Shown: piece after piece, positions 39,999-51,400 of the stretch
How the letters are laid out: the number at the start of each line of letters is the position of its first letter
Position numbering within the stretch: the first letter of the stretch is position 1
Source: Saccostrea cucullata
Lineage: Eukaryota
Direction: 5' to 3'
DNA length: 64,000 bases
Assembly (NCBI RefSeq): GCF_032062105.1
Contig: NW_026938421.1
Span: forward strand, 248,001-312,000
Notes under the pieces: generated by a model
The model's database searches: none
Seen by the model: the letters and a program-made list of their open reading frames with translations, nothing else
Told to the model about the DNA's origin: nothing
Translations under genes and position numbers: made by a program

Positions 39999-41190
39999 AA
40001 ACCAGAAGTCTCTGTCGAGACTGTAGCTCTACTGGTTTGTACTGATCAAAAACCGATGCACAGAATTATGTATCTTAGTGTAGTGTACTTGTGTGATAAG
40101 TTATATTGAAATCAGACCAAAACTGTAGAAGGAGTAGCATTTTAAAGGAATTCCACAGAAAATTCTACTTTTAGTAACCATGGCAACACCGTTCATTGAA
40201 ATCAAAAACCGATGCACTATTACACTGTAAATAAGTGTAGTTTACTTGTGTGCCAAGTGATAATGAAATCAGACCAAAACTGTAGAAGGAGTAGCGTTTT
40301 AAAGGAATTTCTCAGAAAATTCTATTTTTAGTAACCATTGCAACACCGCTCATCGAAATCAAAAACCGATGCACTATTTTATGTATCTTAGTGTAGTCTA
40401 CTTGTGTGCCAAGTGATATTGAAATGAGACTAAAACTGTAGAAGGAGTAGCGTTTTAAAGGAATTTCAAAGAAAATTCTAATTTTAGTAACCATTGCAAC
40501 ACCGTTCATTGAAATCAAAAACCGATGCACTATTTTATGTATCTTAGTGTAGTCTACTTGTGTGCCAAGTGATATTGAAATGAGACTAAAACTGTAGAAG
40601 GAGTAGCGTTTTAAAGGAATTTCTCAGAAAATTCTATTCTTAGTAACCATGGCAACACCGCTCATCAAAATCAAAAACCGATGCACTATTTTATGCATCT
40701 TAGTGTAGTCTACTTGTGTGCCAAGTGATATTGAAATGAGACTAAAACTGTAGAAGGAGTAGCGTTTTAAAGGAATTTCACAGAAAATTCTATTTTTAGT
40801 AACCATGGCAACACCGTTCATCGAAATCAAAAACCGATGCACTATTCTATGTATCTTAGTGTAGTCTACTTGTGTGCCAAGTTATATTGAAATCAGACCA
40901 AAACTGTAGAAGGAGTAGCGTTTTAAAGGAATTTCTCAAAAAATTCTATTTTTAGTAACCATGGCAACACCGTTCATCGAAATCAAAAACCGATGCACTA
41001 TTTTATGTATCTTAGTGTAGTCTACTTGTGTGCCAAGTTATATTGAAATCAGACTAAAACTGTAGGAGGAGTAGCGTTTTGAAAAATTGTTTACAGACAG
41101 ACGGACAGACAGACAGACAGACAGACGGACGGACGCCGGACGCATTACTATCGCATAAGCTCTTCTGGTCTCTGACCAGTAGAGCTAAAA
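39999..41190 (-). mobile_element. Helentron-like family C copy 1 with 156-bp tandem repeats, inserted in family A copy 1
   Basis: Absent from the homologous position in family A copy 2 (~42413); subterminal IR AGCTCTACTGGT / ACCAGTAGAGCT; (GACA)n microsatellite 41094-41140. Confidence 0.85.
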
Positions 41191-41577
41191 ATTTCAAAAC
41201 ATTTCGTTGGAAAACAAAAGAGATATTGAGATTTTTGTTTCAGCCAATCAGAGGAAGGCGCACGTGCATGCGCGTGAGTTCATGCTAATTTGACAGTGTC
41301 ATATTATTAACACTTTTAATATATCTTTATGTAATGAGTTTCAAAGCATTTCATCAAAAAATGTAAAAGGTATAGCTATATTAAGTATGTCAGTCAATTC
41401 ACTCATTTCACGCGCACGCACGTGCAGGCGTATGCGCGCAAAATGACCTTCGTTCCGCACACCTACACTACACACCTATTAACCCTAAAAAGGTTTTAGC
41501 TCAGTTGGGTGAACAGTTTCTGAGAACACTCGCGGACAAAAAAGTACCGGAGAACAAATAAGAAAAAAAATAATAAT

Positions 41578-42871
41578 AACTAGTGCTAATTGTAACGGGA
41601 ACCGTTACAGATGTTCCCCAAACGCTCCCCAACTCCCTTTTGGTGCCATATTCCCTGTAAACCTTATCAAATAAGACAACAACTGTGCATTTATGGCTTT
41701 AACAACGTTTCCCAGAAGGATACCAATTATATTCAAATTTTAACATTGCACGCGTGCACATGTGAATGCACGTGCGTAATGATCATATCATCTTGTCTAC
41801 ACTTTCTATATATTTAAATATACTTTAAATTAAAGCATTTAGTCCAAAAGTATTAAAAATCACTCATTCAAGTTTATTTTTAATTTTACTCGTACCAAAT
41901 GCACGCACATGCGTGCACGTGCATTATGACCATACGTTCTTGTAAGAGGCCCTTATATCTATCTATGTTCTAAATCCCATCCTGTTTGGTTGAAAACCAA
42001 GGGAATTATAGCCATTTCAAGTTTCAGCCAATCAGATTGCAGCACACGTGCATCCCCGTGATTTCATGAATTTTTTTCTAAATCATATTGTAGGATATCC
42101 AAATGCATGTCTACGTTTTAAATTTCAAAGCATTTCGTCAAAAAACAAAGGAGATATAGCCATTTAAAGTTTCCGCCAATCAGATTGCAGCAGAGATGCA
42201 TGCGCGTGATTTCTTGAAATTTTTGGTATATCATATTGTAGGATATCCTAATGTATGACTATGCTTTAAATTTCAAAGCATTTCGTCAAAAAACAAAGGA
42301 GATATAGCCATATAAAGTTTCAGCCAATCAGATTGCAGCGCACGTGCATGCGCGTGATTTCATGACATTTTTTCCATATCATATTGTAAAATATCCTAAT
42401 TCATGACAATGTTCAAAATTTCAAAGCATTTCATCAAACAAAAGAGATATTGAGATTTCTGTTTCAGCCAATCGTAGCATGGCTCACGTGCATGCGCGTG
42501 AGTTCGTGCTAATTTGACAGTGTCATATTATTAACACTATTAATATATCCTTATATAATGAGTTTCAAAACATTTCATTAAAAAATGTAAAAGTTATGGC
42601 TATTTTAAGTATATCTGTCATTTCACTCATTTCACGCGCACGCACGTGCAGGCGTATGCGCGCAAAATGACCTTCGTTCCGCACACCTACACTACACACC
42701 TATTAACCCTAAAACGGTTTTAACTTAATTGGGTGAACAGTTTCTGAGAACACTTGCGGACAAAAAAGTACCGGAGAACAAATAAGAAAAAAAAGAATAA
42801 TAATAATAATAATAATAATAAGAAACCGAGTAAAAACAATATGTTCCCAAACTCCGTTTGGGGAACATAAT
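41578..42871 (-). mobile_element. Helentron-like family A copy 2 (uninterrupted)
   Basis: Direct repeat of 39016 onward; both termini present; (AAT)n microsatellite near 42796-42821. Confidence 0.85.
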
Positions 42872-45800
42872 AACTAGAAACTCTTGTTGCTACAGCAACA
42901 AATAAGGTCTTCCGTTCTCCTCTATTTATCTGTATGCAGGATGTTTTTTTCTATTTAAAAAAAGACAGATATATCATAAACTAGTAGACTAATTGTTCAG
43001 TGAACAATTATCGGCCTTTCCATCTTTTTAAGCATTTCAATATCATTTGGGCTGAAGAAAGTAGAAAAAAGCCAAAAAATAAATAAAACAGCAAAATTTT
43101 CATTTCTCTACAAGGATTTTAGATCGGGCTCGTAGTTGGTATAAATATACTCTAAACAGACTTCCTGGATTATACGAGTCGACTCGGGGATAACCACGAT
43201 TTCATTGATCACGCAAAGAGAGCGCCTTCAAAACATTGTAACACGCTCCTAGGTGCATATATCAGCTTGAATGAGATTGTTTTCGAGTTAAGATGTAAGG
43301 GGTAGGGTCTGATTAAAATCATGATATACCTAATAATATGAATAACATGCATTTGATCTGCGCATCAAGACGGAAGCGTAAGTGAAAACGTTGTGAAATG
43401 TCCCATGTGTACCTGCATCATATGTGCATTATACATGTATTAAAGAGATGTTTGAAAAATATCCGATTTGAGTTGTTTTATGTTTGAAATGAATGGCGAT
43501 AAATTATTTAAGAGCATGTGAGAAACATGAGCGAGAGATGCAAGCCAGTTTGTAATTATAGAAAAGGAAAACAGAGAATCGGGTTCGGATTTTAATAATC
43601 CTGACCGAAATAGGTATGGAATATGTGTGTGGATTAAATTCATTGTAAGTAGCATAAATAAATTCCAAATAGGTATTTCTAGATGTGAAACACAGGGAAC
43701 AAATGTGTATTGCTTTTTACTATGTTGAAAGCCGCTATTTCTTATAAGATTGTGTTATTCTAGAAAAAAAAAAATCAAATTTCAAATGAAATCAAGATTC
43801 ATTCAATTAATATTAAATCTAAATAAAATTGAAATAAATTCCACATAGCAAAGAAAGCTAGAATACTTGGTATTAAAATGTCGTATTAGAGCAGGAGAAT
43901 CGAATGATATTAGCAACAAATGAAGAAATAGCCAATGCAAGCTTTAATTTATTTTATGCCCATCAGAATTTAAATTTCAGACAGAAACAAATGCAGTTTT
44001 TGCCGATATTCCGTAGAATTTCACTAAACTCAAGAGACTCACCTTAAAACTCTTAGGACACTTTCTTTAAGGTGTCTACTACTCAAATCCTTTATCTTAT
44101 GTCGATCTGTGGTGTCTTTTCAGAGGTAGAAGTTTTTTCTATGTTGCTATTGATTTTTTTCTAGGGACGGGAGGGGGGGGGGGGTTTAATAAGCATTTGT
44201 TAAAATGAGAGTTGTTAATACCTGCACAAACTTAAGCTTGATTGTGACCTTTGGGTCAATGGGGGTCAAAAGTCAAGGTCATTATCAAGGTCAAAGGTCA
44301 AGGTCATCAAAAAGAGAGAGAGAGAGAAAGAGAGATATTAACTTGAGATTAACACTTGAAGCTGAATCTAGATAAAGGTAATGAATGTTTCTTTATTACT
44401 TTTTGAGTAAGGGTCAAAGGTCTCATTTTGAGGACAAGAAATCACATGACCTGAATAAAGTAAATTTTAAAAGAAGATATTTGAGGTTACTCTAGACATT
44501 TGCAGTCTGAATAAAATGTCCCAAAATCATATCAAATACTTTCTTATCAAAGATATGTATGGGATAGTGCGATACTCAATTTATGCAATTTTTCTCTCAT
44601 AATTGAAAGTCGTCGTTTTTCTTACCAGTGGGACTACATATCTCGAAACTACAAGTAAGATGCTATAAGGTAACACTAAGAAAAATTCCATTAAGAAAAA
44701 TTTAAAATTTTGATTTATTTGATCACTTCCTGTGACAACCGGAAGTGACGGCGGACAATCTTAAACTCAAAAGATGTATCAACTCATCAAGGCCTACCAT
44801 CCCTATTAATTTGGTGTCTTAGTCTCTTACCGTTTACGAGATCTAGCTATGATAACTTCTGATTTTGAGGACAGGAAGTCACGCGACCGGAAGTGAATTT
44901 TAATGAGATATTAGACATTACTGTAGACATTTGCAGTCTGAATAACATATCTAAAAATCACTACAAATACTATAACTATAAAAAAATTTTAAGGGAAAGA
45001 AAGATACTCAAATTATGTAGTTTTCCTCTTTTAACCGGAAGTTGTCATTTTGTTTCCGTTGGGACTGATACATTTCGAAACTTCAAATAAGATGCTATAA
45101 TGTGATGCAAAACAAGTTTCAAAAAAGAAAAGTTGATTTTTTTTTAATTTCTTTGATCACTTCCTGTGACGACCGGAAGTGACGGCAGACAATCTTACCC
45201 CAAATAGTTTTGCCTACATATCAAGATATATTACTCATACAAGTTTGGTGTCTTAATCTTTTACTGTTTACGAGATCTAGCTATGATAACTTCTGATATT
45301 GAGGACAGGAAATCATGCGACCGGAAGTAAATTTTACTGAGATATTATACATTACTGTAGACGTGTGTAGTCTGCATAAAATATCCAAAAATCATTACAA
45401 ATACTTTATCTATTAAAAGAATTTATGGGAAAGAAAAATACTCAATTTATGTAGTTTTTCTCCTTGAACCGGAAGTTGTCATTTTTGTTTCCGTTGGGAC
45501 GGATACATTTCGAAACTACAAATAAGATGCTATAATGTAATGCAAAAAAAGTTTCAATAAAGAAAAGTTGAATTTTTCGATTTCTCTGATAACTTCCTCT
45601 GACGACCGGAAGGGACGGCGGACGATCGTACTCCAAATGGTTTTGCCTCCTAATCAAGATCTACCACTTGTATAAGTTTGGTGTCTTAATCTCTTTCCGT
45701 TTACGAGATCTAGCTATGATAATTTCTCATTTTGAGGACAGGAAATCACGCGACCGGAAGTGAATTTTACAAAGATATTTGACGTTACTGTAGACATTTG

Positions 45801-46402
45801 CAGTTTAAATAACATATCCAAAAATCATTACAAATACTTTATCTATAAAAACTATTTATTGGAAAGAAAAATACAGAAAAAATGCAGTTTTTCTCTTATA
45901 ACCGGAAGTTGTCGTTTTTGTTTCCGGTGGGACTGACATATTTCGAAACTACAAATAAGATGCTATAATGTGATTCAAAAAAAGTTTCATAAATGAAAAG
46001 TTAAAAATTTCAATTCCTTTGATCACTTCCTGTGACGAACGGAAGTGACGGCGGACAATCTTATCCCAAATGGACATGCCTACTAATCATGATCTATTAC
46101 TCGTGTAAGTTTGGTGTCTTAATCTTTTACCGTTTCTGAGATATGACTCAGACAAAACTTTTTTGAAAAAAGCGGAAATCGGACATATCTGACGACCGGA
46201 AGTGAATTTTGAAAAACTGAAAACTGCATCTGAAAGATATTTTTACACTCTATCAACCCTGAAAATTTCATGAGAATCTGTCCTGTCATCTCTGAGAAAT
46301 CGTGCTTTTAAAAAGGGAACAAAAATAATAATAGGAAAAAGAAAAAGAAAAAGAAACAGTAGAATCACTATAAGGTCTTCCGTCTGAAACGGAAGACCTT
46401 AA
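42872..46402 (-). mobile_element. Helentron-like family B with ~433-bp higher-order tandem repeats
   Basis: AACTAG + hairpin TTGTTGCTACAGCAACAA + subterminal IR TAAGGTCTTCCG at left; TAAGGTCTTCCGTCTGAAACGGAAGACCTTA at right; units at 44739, 45173, 45606, 46039. Confidence 0.82.
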
Positions 46403-46863
46403 TAAGAAACAGAGTAAAAACAATATGTTCCCAAACTCCGTTTGGGGAACATAATTAACGGTTGATGGGTCGAATTAATCTTGAAGAAGTAAAACACCAT
46501 TTTTTTAAAGCAATATGAGCTGCAACTTTGAAATCAAAATTTTTTTTTGTAAATAACTACCAGGTGTAAGAGTCTGAACTAGGAACAGAATCCATTGCTA
46601 ACCTTCGCTGCAGAACTGTAGCGTTATGACTTTAAGCATTAGTCTTTGACCATAACACTATAGATCCCCTGAAAGTTAAGGAATGTGGCTAAAACGAAGT
46701 GAAAGGTCTTTGACTGACTAATGCTGGGAGGTGAAGAAATTCTTCCCAATGATGCGCACAAAATCGCGCTCTGTAAATTACACTTTATTTGCATTAAGGG
46801 ATCTGCGGCGTTTTCGTCGGAGACTAATTCAGTGGAAGTGTGTAACTTCATATTGAAACGCCA

Positions 46864-47090
46864 TCACTTATCGGTGGCGGGCGTCATTTAGACCTAAACT
46901 TGACACTCAAGCCATTGATCAGTGAAGGATCTTTTTCGTTCCTGCACTTAGTGCGAAACGGGACTTCGGTTTATATGATCTCGTCCAAAGGATGGGTCTC
47001 TACGTCCCGCAATGGTATGAATCGAACCCGCAACGTAAGGATCAACTTCTTACTTCGCAATTTAAGAACTGCGTCACGCTGGCGACTATG
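46864..47090 (-). mobile_element. Degenerate tRNA-derived SINE
   Basis: B-box-like GGTTCGATTC on the minus strand (~47020-47029) followed by a GGACGAGA..TAAACCGAAGTCCCG central domain resembling the next feature. Confidence 0.5.
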
Positions 47091-47159
47091 ACTGTTGAAT
47101 GAATTACTTTTTATAAAAAATTAAAACAATGAAAAATCACATAACTTACTGGCATTCAC

Positions 47160-47345
47160 GGTTGGTAGTCCGCATTGTAGAGCTGGCGTTTGCTCTAGAG
47201 TCGCAGTACAAGGAGTTGACCCTTATGTCGCTCGAATTCCACCGTAGGACGCTGAGACCGGTCCTTCGGATAAGACTGTAAAAACCGAGGTCTCGTGTCG
47301 AATTAGACCGGTGCTGGCACAAAAAAGGTTCCTCAGAGTACACGT
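47160..47345 (+). mobile_element. Degenerate tRNA-derived SINE (Meta-domain-like core)
   Basis: tRNA-like head (..TAGAGC.. / ..CTCGAATTCC), then GGTCCTTCGGATAAGACTGTAAAAACCGAGGTCTCGTGTC, which I recognise as similar to the MetaSINE central domain; this is recollection, not a search. Confidence 0.55.
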
Positions 47346-47451
47346 TACATTGAAATAAGACAAACTCTAGGAGTAGCGTTTTGATAGAATTTCACAGAAA
47401 TTGTGTTCATTAACCATGGCAACGCCCTTCAACATAATCAAAAACCGCTAA

Positions 47452-47710
47452 GGCCATGCAAAATTAATTACTTGGTTCTCAGGCCTTTTTTCAAGAAATA
47501 TGATGAGGGAGGGAGGCATTTTTTTTTTCTTTTTTATTGCCCCCAAAACATGATGAGGCAGCTTTTTACATTGTACAAAACCTCAAAAAATGATGAGGGA
47601 GGTGATTTGGTATTTATATTTTATTGATTTAGCAATAAAAAGGGTCAATGAGGCACCCTTGGAAGAGATGAGGGAGGGCCTGAGAACCAAGAAATTAATT
47701 TTTTTTTGCC
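47452..47710. mobile_element. Harbinger/Tourist-type MITE
   Basis: TAA duplication (47449-47451, 47711-47713); ~34-bp TIR containing AATTAATT.CTTGGTTCTCAGGCC. Confidence 0.7.
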
Positions 47711-48401
47711 TAAATGGAATTATGTCTCAGTGAAGTCCAATTATTCTAATACTCGGGTATACACTGTATTAGAACAAAACAGTAGGAAAAATAGTATTTA
47801 AAATAATTTTCACAGAAATTTTTGTTACCATGACAACGCTGTTCAACAGGAACGAAAATATATGTTGTGTACCAAATTACATAAAAATGAACTTTAAACT
47901 GAAAGAAAAGAAACGTTTTGAAAGAATTTCAGAAAAATCATTTTTAGCAAACATAAATACATCTTTAAAATCGAAAATTGACAAAATTATGCATCTTTGT
48001 TCATTGTGTACCTATAAATTGTGTACCAAGTTATACATAAATTGGACCAATATGAAATCCTAAGCCAAACTTTCCTTTTCTGACACTTGCATGATGAAGG
48101 CACACTCCACAATGACATGCTCAAGTTGTTGCAAAATAGGTACAATCAGAAAGGGTCCAAAAAAATAACTGCCTTGTGATGTTGTCTAGAGTCCCTAGAC
48201 ACTACAACAGATGAACAAACTGGGCAGTATCCTACATAAGGACACCTGAATTCAATAAGGGAACACTTCACTGACAATGAAATACACCACTCCATACTGC
48301 TATCTTCTGTTGTTTTAGAATACCAATAAAAACATATCTGTTTGCTTTTTTTTTTTAATTTGGATTTTTTGTTTTTACACATATAAAAACTTGGTCTTGC
48401 T

Positions 48402-51400
48402 TTAGTCGAACAGACCTGAAATAGATAAAACAGAAAATTAACATTTGATTAATACCAGGAAGATTTATCAATCAGGTAATATGTTATTAAACTTACTCTT
48501 ATGTCCTACATTTCAATCATTTTCCTATACACGTGTATATATTAAATTCTTGAAGTAAAATTACAAATTGCGGTTTTCATGTTCTTGACGATGTCTACAT
48601 TTTTCTACATAAATCTAGGATCACTAATTTGTGACCCCAGCACTATCACTAGAGCACTGTTCAGTACAAACGTAATCTAGCCATTGTGACAATGCTTGTA
48701 TATCAATTAAAGCTGACATGAATTCTTAAAAACGCAACTTTTTCATCTATGTACGACTTGTTTCATACCAACTATAGCCGTATTCCGCCATATTTCTTTC
48801 AGATACCTTGTCTTATTGTAACGATATATACCCCAATGCCCTCGTTACACTTGAATTATTTTTTGGCTTGGCTATCGACTTGTGCACATCTCCGATGGTA
48901 AAACATTTGAGAACACATGGGTTGATCAAGACATTTCAAAACCACAACAAACAACATAATAATCATATTTCTGAATAATTATTGATTTTAATCAAATGTA
49001 ATAATTATAAAAAGAAAGAAAATGCAAGTTTGAAAGAAAGATTTAGTTGCAAGACAATGTATTTTCACAGGGCGCCAATTTATGCAGAATAAACTTGAAA
49101 TAAAAAGCAGTAAAACCCGTAAACACACTTTGAAATTATTATCATTTGAATGGAACAAAACAACCAGCGTCTTTGATTTGCAAGTTTTATGCAGTTGATG
49201 CATGTCGAGAAAACGCGTCGAACGCTGTAAAAGTACCCATACCTGGTAATAAGATCACTGCATCGGTTCGAAGATGTGCACAAGTCAAGTGATATACACC
49301 CTGAATTCCATTTATTGAAATATGCATCACAAAAAAAGAAATAAACTCCATAAAAACTCAAAAGTAAACACACTGTTACTACTCCGTACAGTCTAGGGGG
49401 GGGGGGGCTAAAGTATAATTATAACGGCTTTATAAGGTATAACTGAAAATTGTCTATCTAGTTCTAATAACATTCTATTTATAGTCTGCAGTTGTTTTGC
49501 ATCACAAAATTTTCATTTGTCAATTACAACTGATTATTTTAGTACTAATCTCAAATCTAAGCCAAGTAATTTGATATACGGTAATTATTTACTTCAAGAC
49601 TTAAAAGCATTAAACCATGGCCAGTATACATAATTTCATGTGTACATCTGTACGTTCTTTAACACACACGCGGAAAAAAAAATCCCCTGTTTAGATTGAC
49701 ATTTAGGGGGGGGGGGGGGGGGAGGGGGCAGAAAGAATTGACATGACCATTACCTAAATATTTTAAGAAGACAGACATTTCTGCCTAATCCATTTTTGAG
49801 ATTTTTTATTGTCTCACTCCGACCACAAATTATGTACATTTTTGCGGAATGTGGCTGTTTTATAATTATTACAGGAAGTCTTTCGAGATTTCAGTAATCA
49901 GTATCCCTGTCTGACAGTCTAGTTTTTTTTTTTAAATGAAAATAATTTCTGTTGCAATATTTGGGAGATATTTTTAAAAACTAGGGTAGGGATGCTTGAA
50001 ACCTGGTTGAATACAGATAGGTTTTAATTACTCTTTTATTCATTGAACTCTCTCTCTCTCTCTCTCTCTCCTCCTGTAACCATCCGTAAGCGCAATAATA
50101 GATATAAAATCATATGCACTTTGTGCTGTACCATTTATCAGATCTTGGGACAGATCAAGGATTTTTTTTCAGGCGGGGATGTCGAAACTTGTCAGTTCAA
50201 AAATTAAAATACTAATTTTACTTTTGACAAAAAAATAAACCTAAATGCCGAAAATGAAAGGGAAATAAACATGAAATCTACATCATAGGAATGGGAACGT
50301 TAGCCGATGACTTCCAATTCTTCAAACCTTAGACTTTTCATACCAATTTAACACAAATTCGTGTTTACCTGGTAGTCTGCGTTTTCCGAGGGGATTCAAG
50401 GTAACTTTTTTCTTCCTTTAGTATATAAATTTAAAAACCTTGCAAATCGCAGGGGGGGGGGGGGGTCCTGACCCCCCTCTAGATCTGCGCATGGCACTCA
50501 TGCATAGAATCACACCACGGCCACTTCAAATTATATTGAAGGGGGACCTCCAAAATTAGTTGACAAGGACACAAAACAAAACAAAACTAAAAAAACTATG
50601 CACCACACTCTAAAATCCTTTTTTTGGTAGGGGATAGAGGGGGGCTTCCTGTAACTTTTCTGTTTGATACATTACTTTTGAATGCTTGAATCTGCGTATT
50701 TTCCGGCAACAAAATATGTGGCGGGAGCTTCCAAATCAAAATATTATGTTTACAACTGCAGCAAAAGATTATCCTCAGAAAATTGAGCCCCCCCACATTA
50801 TGAATAACATTAAACACTGTTTTCTGAGAAAATTGTGCTCGTTTATAAAGAAAAAAAAATAAAATATGCCCCCGGCCTAAATTCCCATACTTCACATTTA
50901 TAGCAACCTACAATTTTTTGTTTAGTTTCTTATTCACGCATGCTTTATAGATCTACTGTTATGTATAAAATCACCTATATATTTTTGTGGTCTCTGTATA
51001 CTGTTGTAAAATGGTGAAGAGATTCAAATAAATGATCGAAAAATGATTGCAGATACACGGAGGGAAGCAAATCCGCGAAAATCTACAGATCTAGCGAACA
51101 GAAAGGACAGAGATTTTTTATATTTCTTCAAATTATTAGACGTATAAATATCTATATTCTATATGACAGAAAAAAATTCTCTCTCTGTGTGTGTATGTGT
51201 GTACAAAAATAAAGGGGGTTCCAATCTCCGGAACCCCACCCCACCTCTGGATCCGCCAATGAATTCTATTTTGATCATTCATGTACCACAGAATCAAACT
51301 CGTTTATTGTGTATAAAATTATAAAACAAGTTTAAATCAAGTTATATTAAGTCTATATTTTAAAAAATAAAGCCAATACACAGTATTTAAAATGAAAATG

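Larger units (their letters stand above)
39016..46454 (-). mobile_element. Helentron-like family A copy 1, outer element of a nested cluster; 148-bp tandem repeats
   Basis: Minus-strand 3' end has hairpin TGTAACGG-TTC-CCGTTACA then CTAGTT; subterminal IR ATGTTCCCCA; 5' end GTTCCCAAACTCCGTTTGGGGAAC at ~46427-46450; AGCCAATCAG units spaced 148 bp apart from ~39463 to ~39907. Confidence 0.8.

Noticed and set aside
40312-40842. Repeated MHRFLISMN ORFs (also 59154-59825)
   Set aside because: The 156-bp unit is a multiple of 3, so the ORFs are by-products of the tandem repeat in a non-autonomous element.
48168-48228. Hairpin with tandem GA-like core (SECIS/snRNA-like) downstream of RPLP1
   Set aside because: No apical AA motif, wrong strand for RPLP1, no UGA-containing gene; the nearby Sm-like U tract has no matching snRNA sequence.
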